DNA of 64,000 nt. It comes from Camelus ferus. Taxonomy: Eukaryota. A program made the translations under genes and the position numbers. The stretch covers positions 17,610,001 to 17,674,000 of the forward strand of contig NC_045697.1 of NCBI RefSeq assembly GCF_009834535.1, in the 5' to 3' direction. The notes under the pieces are model-generated. The model was not told the origin of the DNA, did no database searches, and saw only the letters and a list, made by a program, of their open reading frames with translations. This document shows, in pieces, positions 10,993-24,230 of this stretch (the stretch's first letter is position 1; every line of letters starts with the position of its first letter).

Positions 10993-13252
10993 TTTATTTG
11001 AAAATCACCCTTGCAAATCTCTGCATAGTCTCTTGGACACATGTGTGACTAAAATCAAATCTTTCTCAAACGGTAATTGTCCAGAACCTAAGAATGTATT
11101 AGATTTTTGACTTCTTTGTGTATGCCAGAAAAACACTAAAAGCATGTTACATACAATCAATGTGCAAGCTGCCATAATGCTTACATTAGTGCCTATTCCC
11201 CTAGCCTTGTAACGTCTTCATTCTTGAGAATTAGCATGAATGCTGGAGCAGGGACAAAACTTCCAGATAACCCAAGTGACCTGCCCAGTTGCAAAGAACA
11301 AGGTTCCCAGGGGTCAGCATCTTCCATAATGATGTCTTCCAAGTTGTGGGTCACGATACATTAGCCTGGGGAGTGAAATCAATTCAATTGCAACCCTCAT
11401 TTTCTTAAAACAAACAAACAAACAAACAAAAAAACAGAACAGAACAGAACAGAAACCAGCATGAATCCCATGCAATGAAAGTAAGTGTGGTTTCATGAAA
11501 CTTCTCTTTTTGAATATGTGTGTAGGAATAAACACACATATGTGCCCGTTTTCACACATTTATTGTGGATTGCCATTTTAAAAGTTTGAAACTGTTCTTC
11601 TATAATAAGCCACTCTGCACATTTATTCATTCATTGAATAGATATTTTAGTGAGAGGCAAGAGTGGGGCTGGGGGGTGGGTGCTGGGCAGGAAAGGAAAG
11701 TTGCACAGAAGAGGTGATGCTTGAAATGAGTTTTGAGACATGCATGGGTATAAAAGGTGCCCGAATAAAGGCCATTATGTAACAGAAATAATTAACCAAT
11801 TCTTTGGGATTGAGGCATCACTCAGATTAATTAACACTTGCCCTGCTCACCTCACTGAGATTACTGTGAGCTTGAAATGAAAGGTACTATGTTAAAATTT
11901 GGCTTTGTAAACTTTCTTAAAATTAAAGGCATTCGTTTGACAGCATTTAAAACTTACAGAACATTTTCCCAGAGACTCTCTCATTCGATAGGTGACACTA
12001 TGGCATGTGGGACAAAAAACAGTCTTCCCCAGTTTACAGACAAGACAGGTGAGATTAATTGTCTTTCCCAGCATCACGTAACTAACAACTACCAGCTCAA
12101 ACTAGGGCTCTAACGACAAATTCCAGGCTCTTGTTAGTAGTCTATATTGGTAACAAACAAATTATTAGCAATTCCACAAATTACTTCTCTTGGGTTCAAA
12201 CATATTTTTAACAAGACACTCTCAGAGATAACTGTGTACCTGAAAGCAACGCATCTTCATTCACAGTATTTTGAGACCCTATTTGGAAAACAGGTGGCCC
12301 TCCTGGGGACTTTTCAGTCTTACTCCACAGGGCATGGCTGAGGTTAGAGAGGCCACCTACAGTCCTGTTCAGTGGCCAGCCAGCTCCACGTCCCCAAAAG
12401 CTCTGGCTAGCCACGTGTCAGGATGACTGGGGTCTTCACCAGCTCAACTCCACAGTTGAGCTGAGTTACCCTATTTTCCAAAGTGCCTTTGAACTCATAA
12501 TTGTCTAAGTTGTGACTCAGGCCCTCAGATGTGACTTAGGCTCCAAAATCAGGCCTACAAAGAACACACTGGCTTTGCTGTTTCTTAACGTGGGGTCTGT
12601 TATCACCTTGTCGAATGCACTCTTGACAGGCAGGGTGCTACCCAGGCAACCAGAGGCACACATGGGTCTGGCCTCAGCCTCCGCAGCTGGTATCAGAATC
12701 ACAGGAGTGGGTGAGCGGGTCACGTGATCGCCCGACCCCACTGCAGAGGGCTGAGCTGAGCAGGGCACAGGCAAACACCCCACTTTCTGGCCACTCGGGT
12801 GGGGCCAAGGGACACACACTGGATTCTCCTTAGGCCTCTCTATTTTTGCCCTTCAGTCAAGGTGTAATTCTGTTTGTCAAGTTTGTGTGTAGTATAGGGA
12901 CCAGGGACATTTGCTCTCCTCCCTACCCTGTAAAAAGAGGTTTTGTTTTCAGGAAAGGAGGAAACAAATTAGTATTTTTTGAATGTCTGCTATGTGCCAG
13001 GCACTGTTAGGAGTAACAATAATGAGAAGACCTTTATTTGATTATAAGGGTAAGTGTGGCAGCCACTGTTTAGTGAACATTAATTACTATTTCCAAATTG
13101 TGCAAAGTGCTCTACTTGAAAGATCTCATTTTACCCTGTGAAATAGGTTGTTTGATTAGCCCATTTTAGAGATGAGGACACTACTGCTCTAAGAGGTCAA
13201 TTTATCCTTCATCATGAAGGTAATAACCAGTACAGCCATACTGCTCTCTGCA

Positions 13253-13680
13253 TATATCTGGTTAGGATCCTTTGGTTGTAGGCAACAGTAACTGACAAAG
13301 GAATCTGTTGGAAAGAAACTGGAAATCATAGAATTGGCAGGAAGACAGAGAAGTAAACTTGGAAACAGGTTGGCAGCAAGTCTGGAGGCAGGACCAGGAA
13401 TTACCAGATCTCAGTGCAAAAAAGTTGAGTCAGAGGCTACTGAACCCGGTAAAAGTGAACTCTGTTGTTTCAGGCTCTGTCTCCCTGCTCAAGTGTGTCG
13501 CCAACTGGCCTAAGGCTGATTGTGTGCCATGCTTTGCCGGGGGGCGTACAGGACACCCGGACTGTATCCCTCCAACCTGTCCCTCCAGATTACACCCAGT
13601 GGTAATACCCTCCAAATTGGGGTGCTGTTGAGAAAGAGAAATGAACACTGGGAAGTGAGAAACAGCAAATGTTCACCACG
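13253..13680 (-). mobile_element. Old MLT1-type LTR
   Basis: Begins GGTTAGGATCCTTTGGTTGTAGGCAACAG and ends CAGCAAATGTTCACCAC. Confidence 0.55.
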
Positions 13681-16600
13681 TGAGCCCAGGTAGGTCCATT
13701 CTACTGAGCTTATTTCTCAACCTTGCTAAGGTTCCCCTTCTAATGCTTCATGAATAAGGGGGGGGGGTATTTAATAACAATTCCTTTTATTTGAACTAAC
13801 CTCTGAGCCTCCACTAATCATACACAGAAGCACATATACAGTGGTGAAGTTTACGTGGCCGCAGTGCGGCACAGACACCTACCAAATGGAGAAAGGAGAA
13901 ACCACACACCAGGTGTACTGGGTAATCAGTGAAACATGGACGGATAAACTTGGTAAAATATGCCCAGTTTCTGGCATGTATACTAGATACCATGAAATGC
14001 TTTCATTATTTTCTCAAAAATAGATTTCTTTTGAACTGCATTTCAATTATACTTTTTAAAGCAGAGCTCATAGCTCATTTGTTGATGTTAATTCATGCCC
14101 ACACACCAACACCATGAAGGTGGCCTTGGGTTTCTCACCTTAAGAACTCAAACCTACCGTTTTCACCACTGAGTGGCTTTTATCTACCCATTCACTATTA
14201 TCTGCAATAAAGCAAGTCATAATTGCTACAAGGAAGATCATAATAGTTAAATGACTATCTGACATACCACATTACTATTTGGATGGCTTTACAACCAGAT
14301 AACTGCAGAGAGAGATGAAGGTAGCCAGGGTGTCAGGGAGGGGACCTCTCCGCTAAGGGACCCTCTCTGTCAAACAACGACAGTGACTTTTACTGATGGG
14401 ATCAGGCTAGACTTTATTAGCTGCTGCAAGAACAAGGTTTGCTAATCCAAAAAGGCTTCTCAGACGAAGATAAACACATGTGGCTGAAGAGTTCAAGTTC
14501 AGGAATAATTTAGAAACTTCTCCACACCATACTCACTCTTTCTTAGAGCTATTTCCTCCCCAGGTCCCCCTCTACTTTCTACTCTGTTACTGCTCTCTTC
14601 CTCCCCTCCCCTCCCTCCTCCACCCAGGAATACCTCATCCCCATCCAATCGGCAGCACCAGGTAAACAGTTTCCAACAATCAGCAAAACCTCTCTAACCT
14701 CAAATAAGCTGCTCCCTCCATTCCTGGAACCCCTCCTTTGCACTGCCCCGTAATCTCGAGCTGGGACCAACGTGGCCACCAGGTCTAGTCCAGGTACCAG
14801 GTCCATTTGAAAAATCATAAATCAGGTCCTGCCACTCTTCTTTAAAAATGTCGCCTTTAAGAAGAGTGGCAAACAAGAGCCTTTCAATATCTGGCTGCAG
14901 TCCACCTCCCTGACTCTTCCTACTCGCCATGTGTCGTGTCTATCAGGTGCCACCTATTGCTACCGCATGCTCACTCTCCATCACCTCTCTCCTTTCTTGT
15001 CCTCCCCTGGACCCAGCTCACAAGCCCGCGACTGGGAAGCCCTCTGCCACTCCCGGGCAGAGTAAGAGCTGACTCCTGGTGGCCACACGGCATTCAGGGT
15101 GCACCTTGTTTAGAGCCTCACAGCCACGTGCCCACCCGCCTGTCTCCCCACAGACGGAGGCCTCTTTGCAGCCAGAGCCTGACTCATTCACCTTTGCATC
15201 TCCAGAGTTAAGCGCAGCTCCTGACCCAGAGTGCTCAAAAAATATTTGAGAAATAAATGATTTCAGTTAACACGAAGCAGAAAAAAATGTATTATATATA
15301 TATTTATTTATATATGATATTCATAATATATATTTTAGTAAGATAGCCATCAATTTATTATTAAGCCTACATCTGTAAATCCCATTTTAGCATCACGTTT
15401 AGGGAAAAAAAGAAGTCCAGTTACAAAAACTCGATGTATATAGAGAGGTCACAGGACAGCTCCCACAGAATCATCAGAATGATATTTGTATTTAACCTCA
15501 TTCTTATCACTTAAAATGAGCACTTTCCTACATCATCTGGGCATATGTCCATTCACCAGCTGTATCCTTTAAAATCTTGCAGAATCACTGCTCCAGGTAA
15601 GCATCCTGGACTGTCACCTGGAGATACATGTATACTCACAACTTCGCCAGATCGAGTGTGGGCATCTGCAGGGTAAGTGCCACGTGGGGCTGACCACACG
15701 CTGATGCTTATCTCGCTGAAGTCCTCCAGCCCGCGACAGTCCTGGCAGGACTGCTAACCTTCGTGGGAGTCTTTCTTGTCCATAGCCACACCCCCGTCTC
15801 CAACCATACAGCTCCCTGTGCATTTTCACAGCCTTTTAAAAAATCTGTGCTCGCCTCTGTAATTTTTAGATAACATTTCAGCAATTTCAAGTTTGTAACC
15901 TAATGATTCTAATGCCATTCTCTAAGATGACTTTTTTTTTTTTTTTTTTTAATGATCTATCCTTCTTGGAGTCACCAGGGCGGTTTCCCCTCTCTGGTAT
16001 TACTTTCAACAGGCAAACTTTGATTATTTGACTGCCCCAGGGGATGTGCTGAAATTTAAGTTAAGTGAGATTTCAGGTAATTGAAAGAGTTTATAATGTG
16101 AACCACAGTAGCTGGGGGGTATGTGAAATTCACTGACAGTCTTGGTTAACTGAAGTTTTGAATAACGAAGGCTGGCCTGAATATCTATTTCAATTCTTTC
16201 ACTCCTGTTACTTATTTCTCTTTTCCTCCTTCTCCCCATCTTCTCACTCTCCAAAGAGTGTCCCGCTGTCAGGCCTATAAAGATGAGAAAACACAAGGGA
16301 AATGACTGGCTTGCCTCCTAGTTGGCCATACATGGGCTAGGAAACCCCCTCGCATTCACTGAAGAGAGCATGTATTTTTAAAAATCATTGCTTGCCTAGA
16401 GTGAATTCGCTCTCTCCTCCGTGCTAGGCTGATCCGACCTTGCCTGGGGCCGAGATGCTGAAGGTGGGGCATGCAACTCTGGTTTGTTTCAGGACAGAAC
16501 ACTGAAATTACCCAGGCATCTGAGCCTCTTCCTTTCCATTCAGGTTGCCAAGAGCCTGGGATATGCTGGATACAGGTGACAGCCCATGTCACCAACCCTC

Positions 16601-19029
16601 ACATATGCAATGACAAATTAAAACATATGACAGTCATATGTGGAATACGATGATGGATTCACTGGCTATTCATTATAGGAAAACAATTCGATTCAGTTGC
16701 AGAGGGCTCCGCCTGTGGGCTGGGTAGCAGTAAGAAGCCAGCAGAGTATGGACCACATTTTGGTCCAGCATTCTTTAAAAGGTGTGAAAATGCTCTGGCT
16801 CTACTTCCCCTTGTCTCAGAAAAGAAATTATAAAAGACCCAGCACTCCCTGATACAGCCCCACTGCATATCTGTCAGCTCTGAGCCTTTCAGATCAGCTC
16901 CCAAACACCACGGGCAGAGGGACCGGTGGCAGTGCCTGCACTTTATAGGTGAGGTACTGAGAGGATTAAGGGTGGCACTGGCTCAACTAGAATTGATTCC
17001 TGGACCATCCTTTAACAAGAGGGAATTGGGGAGATAAAGAGACAATAGTGTCATTAATAGAAGCAAGATGGCACCTAGGATTTAGAGAAAAGTAAGTTTC
17101 ACTGCCATCACCTACCACTGGGCCATGAGAATCCACTCACCCATTCTGAGCTTCAGTTTCCTCATTTTACAAAGGATGATATGAACAACCATCATTTTGG
17201 AAACTACTCCGTGCCCAAAGATGATTCATCATTTTATGAATATAAATCATTAATCTTTATCACAACTCCAAAAGGTAGACATCATTACCCCCTTTTACAG
17301 ATAAGGAAGCTGAGGCTCTAAAGGGTTAAAAAAAAAAGCATGCAGCTTGCATGTGGCAAAGGTGAGATTTGAACTCAGTGCTTTCCCCTGCCCTCTCTGC
17401 TGCAGTGGCCTGCCTCTGTCACAGAAGAATCTAAGGATTTTATAAGACAATGTATATTTTTAAAAAGCACTCAATAAAGTCTAAAGGCACCAATCTTACT
17501 AATTATCATGGTATCAAAAGAATCAAAAGAAGAGTGTCTGTCCTATTCAAAGAAAGAAAACAATCTCCAATCCTAAGTTTGTCAGCAGACCTTGCCTTTC
17601 TGAGAAATGTCATCTCCCTGCTGGGATGAACTGTTCCGTAAGAGGGCCAGAGCGCTCAGGATGAAGATTCAACCCAAGATGGAGCATTTTGTGGGAATAG
17701 TCCCTGGCTCCTGTCTCTCTGATACTTGAGTCAGGTGCAGATACTCTAAAGCAAGGAGGTGTTCATCCCAGTCTGCCCCCAAAGGCAGTCATCTGCAGCC
17801 TAGAGATCTTGAAATCAGCCATGCAAATCTGTCACCATTTTAATTATCCAAGTAAATAGAGCTCTTACCACCATCTGCCAAGGTTTCAACCAATTGCGAT
17901 CATTAAGCTCCCCCAGTGGTTCTCTCTGGATGAGAACCACGGAGTTATCACTAAAGGGCCACTTGGGCCCCAATTTCCGCCTACAGGATGAAGGTGTCCC
18001 CAGCTGAAACTTGTGGCTGGAAGCTGTTTTTTCCCCCTCTCTCTATTCCTCACTCACATTTTTCTGAGCACTGTTAACGTGCTCCTTCAAATTAACTTCA
18101 TCTTCATCATTCTTACTGTCTTTCCACCAACTCCAGGCAGTACTGATTAGTGAGAAATTTTTCTCCACAAGAACTGTCAGTCCAGAACTCAGCCCCACAG
18201 CAAAAAGTTAGGAGGTTTATTCTGGAACATGGGTGGGTGTGCAACCCCAGTGATTCAAATCACCAGAGATTTCAGAGACCAGACTAAATTGTAAATACTT
18301 CTTAAGGCGAGGACTCTGTCCAGGTCTGTTTCTCTGGCTGATAACTGTGCAAATGAGCTGATTATGTTAGTGGAAGTCTCCCGTGGGTGACCAGAGTTAA
18401 TTATGGCTTTCAAGGAAGATGGCAAAATCCTCACTGGCTACAAATCACCAACTGACCACATGGTGATGCTGGAAATAATTTTATTTGCTTTCCTGACAGT
18501 CAGTCTGTTCACTTACCCACTACCTCTGTCATCTCCGTTCATCAGGGTAGCATCTGAATGACAATAAAACATGTTGCTCCAGTCTACTCTTCTGCAAGTG
18601 CAGAATTAAGACCTGACACTTAAAAAATTCCTTGGGGAAGGACACACAGACATCACTGATGCAGGTAATGTCAAGGTTCGGGCATTTCTCTTTCAGCAAA
18701 GAAAATTCAGTGATAATTCAGGATCACTACAGACAGTAGCATCAGATTGCAAATTGCTGAATATATGATCAGTCTGACCACTCCAAAAGGAGATGAAATT
18801 TCAGAGGCAGACAGGCCTAAAAGGCTACAGAGGGCAGTGGATATCCTGAGTAAGACCTTGAGCTTGAGACCCAGATATGCTCATGGAAACATCCCTCAAA
18901 ACACAGATGGGACCCTCTCTACCAGTGACTGTGTACCAGGCAGTGCTCTGGGCACTTTGCACACATTAGCTCATTTGTCCTCACCATGTCCTCTGTGAGG
19001 TAGGTACCACTATGATCTCCTATATTCGT

Positions 19030-19874
19030 ATACAGTGCTGGTCAATAAGATGGAAACAGAAGTGTCCTTTGGGATTTCAGGGATGTTTCCTTAAGGAGGT
19101 GGGGGGATACACTCCTTTGCCCATCTTCCCCAGTCCTGCAATATATTGGTCCACAAAACGGAAAACCTCACTCTTGGAACGGAGTGGTAGAGTGGAGAAA
19201 TGGAAGGTACCTGGATCCCCGACAAAAGGTGAGCCACCACATCCACCCAAACTGCCCACCTCCAGAGGTACTGTACATGTGCTGGTTGTTAGCATAACTG
19301 ATGCCATCTTGGGCCCTTATAGTTTCTTCTGTCCTTTTGCTGACCTTACCCAGGACAATAGTGTGCAGTAAATCACTTCTCTGTCGTCAAAGGCTTTGTA
19401 GTTAATAGAAATTGTTTAATAATCAGTAGGATCAAGTGGCCTCTATGCTCTGTTAGTTCCCAAACAATGATGAAAACCTTCCCTGACGTGTTCTCGGTGC
19501 CCATGAGACTAGTTATCTATTCATGAATCTTGACTTAGGCACGCACGTCCTGTTTCCAAGCACCTACCCCCATACTCTAGGTTAACTATAAAATTGTCCC
19601 AATGGCCCCTCAGTGGTGCAGACTGTATCTGTGAATGCTTCCGGACCATTGTCCCCTGATCCCACTCTGTGAGTAAATCACCCCATTATAAACTGACCCA
19701 TTTATTATATAGAGCTGCCTGCCTCATTTTTCAGTCTCAAGATGCCTTCTTAGTTTTGTGGGCACTTTTCTTTCCCTCTGTCCTCCAACAACATGAACTA
19801 GAAATACAGATAATTCTTATTTAAATCACTGTTATTTCTGGTATTACATTAAAAGTAACCCCAAGTAATATACA
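19030..19874 (+). mobile_element. Older LTR16/LTR33-like LTR split by the 19280-19790 LTR
   Basis: GGTCAATAAGATGGAAACAGAAGTG...GGAAGGTACCTGGATCCC...CTGCCCACCTCCAG lies left of the insertion. TTTAAATCACTGTTATTT...AAGTAATATACA lies right of it. Confidence 0.55.
19280..19790 (+). mobile_element. Solo LTR (class III/ERVL-type by TSD length), subfamily not assigned
   Basis: 511 bp with TG...CA termini and a perfect 5-bp TSD ACATG at 19275-19279 and 19791-19795. TATAAAA at ~19587. Confidence 0.78.
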
Positions 19875-19905
19875 GATATGCCCAAACAACTGATTCTGAG
19901 GAAAT

Positions 19906-21905
19906 TTCAGAAAGAGAAATTAAGAATACAACTGCATCAAAAAGAATAAAATTAGGAATAAATCTATCTAAGGAAGTAAAAAAAACCATACTTGAAAAAC
20001 TATAAGACAATGATGAAAGAAACTGAAGATGATGCAAACAGATGGAAAGTTACATCATGTTCATGGACTGGAAGAATTAACATTGTTAAAATGACCATAC
20101 TATCCAAGGCAATCTACAGATTCAAAGCAAGCTCTATCAAAATACCAGTGGCATTCTTCATAGAATTAAAACAAATAATTCCAAAATTTGTATAGAAACA
20201 CAAAAGACTCTGAGTAGTCAAAACAATCCTGAGAAAGAAGAACACAGCTGGAGGTATTATGCGCCCTGATTTCAAACTATACTACAAAGCTACATTCATC
20301 AAACTGTATGGTATTAGCACAAAAACAGACATATAAATCAATAGAATAGAATAGACAGTCCAGGAATGAACCCACACTTACAGGGGGAATTAATCTATGA
20401 CAAAGGAGGCAAGACCATACAATAGAGAAAAGACAGCCTGCTCAATAAATGGTGTTGGAAAAATTGGACAGCTACACGCAAAAGAATCAAACTGGAACAC
20501 TCTCTCACATTATATGCAAAAATAAATTCAAAATGGATTAAAGGCTTAAATACAAGACCTGAAGCCACAAAACTTCTAGAAAGAAGCATAGACAGTACTG
20601 TCTTTGACATTAGTTTCAGTAATTTTTTTTTAGATATGTCTCCTCAGGCAAGGAAAATAAAAGCAAAAATAAACAAATGGGACATCAAAATAAAAAGCTT
20701 TTGCATATCGAAGGAAACTATCAATGAAACAAACAGGCTACCTACTGAAGGGGAGAAGGTATTTGCAAATGACATATCATTTAAGGGGTTAATATCCACA
20801 ATATACAAAGAACTCATACAACTCACCATCAAAAAACACAAACAACCAAATTAAAAAAATGGGCAGAGGACATGAATAGACATTTTTCCTAAGAAGACAT
20901 ACAAATGGTCAACAGGTACATGAAAAGATGCTCAATATTACTAATTATCAGGGAAATGCAAATCAAAACCACAATGAGATATGACCTCACACCTGTCAGA
21001 ATGGCTATTATCAAAAAGACAACAATCAACAAGTGTTGGTGAGGATGGAGAGAAAAGGGAACCCTCATGCACTGCTGGTGGGAATACAAATTGTTGCAGT
21101 CACTATAAAAAACACTATAGAGACTCCTCAAAAAGTTAAAAATAGAACTACCATATGATCTAGTAATTTTACTCCTAGGCATTTATCAGAAGAAAATAAA
21201 AACACCAATTAGAAAAGATATATGCACCCCATGTTCGTTACAGCATTATTTACAATAGTCAAGATACAGAAACAACCCAAGTGCCCATCAAGAGATGAGT
21301 GGGTAAAAAAGATGTGGTACATATATATACAATGGAATATTACTCAGCCATAAAAAGGAATGAAATCTTGCCACTGGTGACAACATGGATGGACCTAGAG
21401 GGTATTACGCTAAGTGAAATAAGTCAGACAGAGAAAGACAAATAGTGTATGATTTCACTTATATGTGGAATCTGAAAAAACAAAACAAGTTAACAAACAG
21501 AACAAAACAGAAATAGAGTTACAGATAGAGAGAACAGGTGGTTGGTTGCCAGGCAGGAGGGGGGTAGGGGGAGGGGGAATTGAATGAAGGTGGACAAAAG
21601 GCACAAACGTTCAGTTAAAGATAAATAAGTACTGGAGTTGTAATGTACAACATGATAAATATAATTAACACTGCTGTCTGTTACATATGAAAGTTGTTAA
21701 GAGAGTAAAACCTAAGAGTTCCCATCACAAGAAAAAAATTTTTTTCTATTTAATTTTGTACCTATATGAGATGATGGATGTTCACTAAACTTACTGAGCT
21801 AAACATTTCATGATGTATGTAAGTCAAATCATTACACTGTACACATTAAACTTATATAGTGTTGTATGTCAATTTTATCTCAATAAAACTGGAAGAAAAA
21901 AAGAA
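19906..21905 (+). mobile_element. 5'-truncated LINE-1 (ORF2 3' part + 3'UTR, L1MA9-like), inactive
   Basis: ORF2-like fragments at 19992-20195 (CSWTGRINIVKMTILSKAIYRF) and 20636-20854, broken by stops and frameshifts. The 3'UTR ends CTCAATAAAACTGGAAGAAAAAAAG. Antisense to CCDC149. Confidence 0.93.
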
Positions 21906-21939
21906 ACTGGAGACATGGGTAAAAGGTAAAAAAAATCAT

Positions 21940-22098
21940 CTATATTGTCACATATATTAGTTCATTCCTTTTTATTGGTGAATAGTGCTCCATCACATGG
22001 ATGTAACACAATTTGTTTATCCAGTCATCAAGCAATAGACATTGGGATGGTTTCCATTATTTTGCCTAATATGAATCAAACTTCTTTGTATATTCAAG
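21940..22098 (-). mobile_element. Old L1M fragment, antisense to the adjacent L1
   Basis: TAGTTCATTCCTTTTTATTGGTGAATAGT...CACAATTTGTTTATCCAGTCA...GACATTGGGATGGTTTCC is typical reverse-strand L1M 3' sequence. Confidence 0.7.
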
Positions 22099-22365
22099 TA
22101 AAAAAAATCCTAAATAATATACCTAAATGCCCAAGCAACTGATATTGAGGAAATGTATCACCTTATAATGTAAGATATGTGACTGAGTTCATAATAGAAC
22201 CCTATGTCACCACTGAGAGGTGACACTGGGTATCCATAACACAAAAGTGTATAAGGACTATATCAAGGTACTAAATAGAGTTTAAATAAAAGAACATTTC
22301 CCTTCCAACTCCATAATTCAAAATACATACTTCCTAAAAATGATCACTCCACTCTAGCAGGTTGG

Positions 22366-22389
22366 TTCATTCATTCATTCATTCATTCA
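22366..22389. repeat. (TTCA)6 microsatellite, probably an L2 tail
   Basis: Read directly. Confidence 0.9.
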
Positions 22390-22700
22390 CTCCCTCCTTC
22401 ATCTGGTGAGGCTGTGGTAGAGTGGGAGAAATGCAGGCTTTGGGATCAGGAAAACCTGGGGTTCAAATCCCAGCTCCTGCCTTACTCACATCTTCCCTCA
22501 CGTTCACGCATCATCTCAGCCCTGGGGACCACAGCTGTAAAACGGTGGCAACTCCAGCTGCCTCCCGAGGCTGTTGTGAGGAATAAACGACATTGCAAAA
22601 CTAAAACATCCAGCTCATTCAAAAGGGCTCAAAAACATGTTTCCTTTTTCCTTTAAATATGTGCCTGAACTGAATGTTAAACAAAAAACACTCCATGAGC

Positions 22701-22760
22701 TTAGAGGCCCCCACTTCTGCGGAGCCGGGGCTCAGACAGGGCTGGGTCATTGGGCACGTC
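22701..22760 (+). repeat. 60-bp direct repeat, copy 1 (copy 2 at 24171-24230)
   Basis: 56/60 identical, with a 38-bp perfect core. Confidence 0.95.
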
Positions 22761-23619
22761 TGCCATGTGGTGCCTGGCACACAACAAGTGCCTAAAAAAT
22801 GGAAACAATTTAAGTACAACTTTCCTGCTAATGGTAATAATGCTGATACTAAGAGGCACAGCAGAGGAGGGATCACGGTAACCGCGGCAGTAAAACAATT
22901 AAAAGCTAAACCCAGAGAGGGTGAATCGGAGGTTCCTAAATGTGCGTGGTCCGAGGCCACACAGTGGAGACTGAACTGCGTGGCACTGGGTAGGAGAGTG
23001 TTTCTGGGAGACAAGTGGCATTTTTCTCCTTGTCAGTGTCTTCATGGATGATTCCACCAAACAAAACTGCGATTTCCCTTGCTCACCAATGTCACCTTAA
23101 AAGCATCTCTCTCTAAACCCAAGTGTCTATAAATTGTCCAATGAATTCCCCTCCTCTTTTATGGAGGAATTTTTCTGAAAAGAAGTTGCAGAATGAGATG
23201 AATGAACACCCTGGAATTCGCTCTCCCGTGCACACCTCTATACCACGTGCTACCTACAACTTGAGGTGCCCTTTCCAACACACAAGGGCTGGTAATTAGG
23301 ACGTTTCGCATAACACACATGTGTTCAAAGCAACTAAGCGAGCCAGGGAAGGCACAAGCTGGCCTTACAAACACCACAGGAAGATCTCGAAGTTGCTGGA
23401 GCTAAACAGAACCCCTGATGTCAGACATCTGGGCTTTCTGATAGTGGGAGACGCTACAATAAGTATTCCTAAAACAGAGCCTCGAAGTACAGCAGATGTC
23501 TGGCTTGTCAATACTGCATGCCCTGTGCTGCCTTTAAGACAGATGCGGATGCTGATGACGAGTTAAGGACCTACTCACTACTTATTGAGGAGCAGAAAAA
23601 AGAACAAGTTATAAAACCA

Positions 23620-24000
23620 GCCTGGAATGACCCAGGTCAGAACAGTGGTTTCCTGGCTGGGGGAGGATGCTGACTGGGAGAGGGCACACAAACCGTCTGG
23701 GGGCCTGGGGCCGCTCTCCATCCTGATCTGGGCGGCAGTCACACAGGTGTGTAAAAATGCATCCAGCATTCACCGTGTGCATTCACGGTACGAACGTTAG
23801 CCTCAATACAAAGGAAAAAATCAAATAGTATATGATGTAAACTCAGTTTTAGAAATAAAGGTATGGGGCAATGTCTGAAAGTTTATACACTAGAATGTCA
23901 ATAGCATTCAACTCTGGCTAGTGGAATTATGGTTTGTCCTTTGAAACATACCTATATTTTCTAAATTGGAGGGGGCAGTGAATTCACATTACTTGGAAAT
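23620..24000 (+). mobile_element. Old L1ME-like 3' fragments
   Basis: GTCAGAACAGTGGTTTCC...GACTGGGAGAGGGCACA...TCCTGATCTGGGCGGCAGTCACACAGGTGTGT resembles the L1ME 3'UTR. Confidence 0.55.
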
Positions 24001-24170
24001 TTAAAGATAAATCCATCATGACCCAAGGTCTTATCATCTCTGGGTAACACCTTCAGCCACTTAGTTTTCTTCCCCGACCTTTCCTCGTTCACTGATTCAG
24101 GACATCAAGGGCAGGGCCCCGCTGCTGCAAGGACCCTCTGTGATGGGGGTGAACAGGTGGGCATGGGAGG

Positions 24171-24230
24171 TTAGAGGCCCTCACTTCTGCGGAGCCGGGG
24201 CTCAGACAGGGCTGGGTCACCTGGCACGTC
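24171..24230 (+). repeat. 60-bp direct repeat, copy 2
   Basis: TTAGAGGCCCTCACTTCTGCGGAGCCGGGGCTCAGACAGGGCTGGGTCACCTGGCACGTC. Confidence 0.95.

Noticed and set aside
12441..12462. Short perfect hairpins (AGCTCAACT-ccac-AGTTGAGCT; similar at ~41209 and ~52048)
   Set aside because: Stems of 8-9 bp are expected by chance in 64 kb.
19849..21182. L1-derived ORFs as an active retrotransposon or a gene
   Set aside because: The element is 5'-truncated with many stops and frameshifts. The minus-strand ORFs are antisense L1 text.
23560..23585. GTGAGT donor-like site on the minus strand as an extra non-coding exon
   Set aside because: The exonic side is weak and I could not identify a matching acceptor with confidence.
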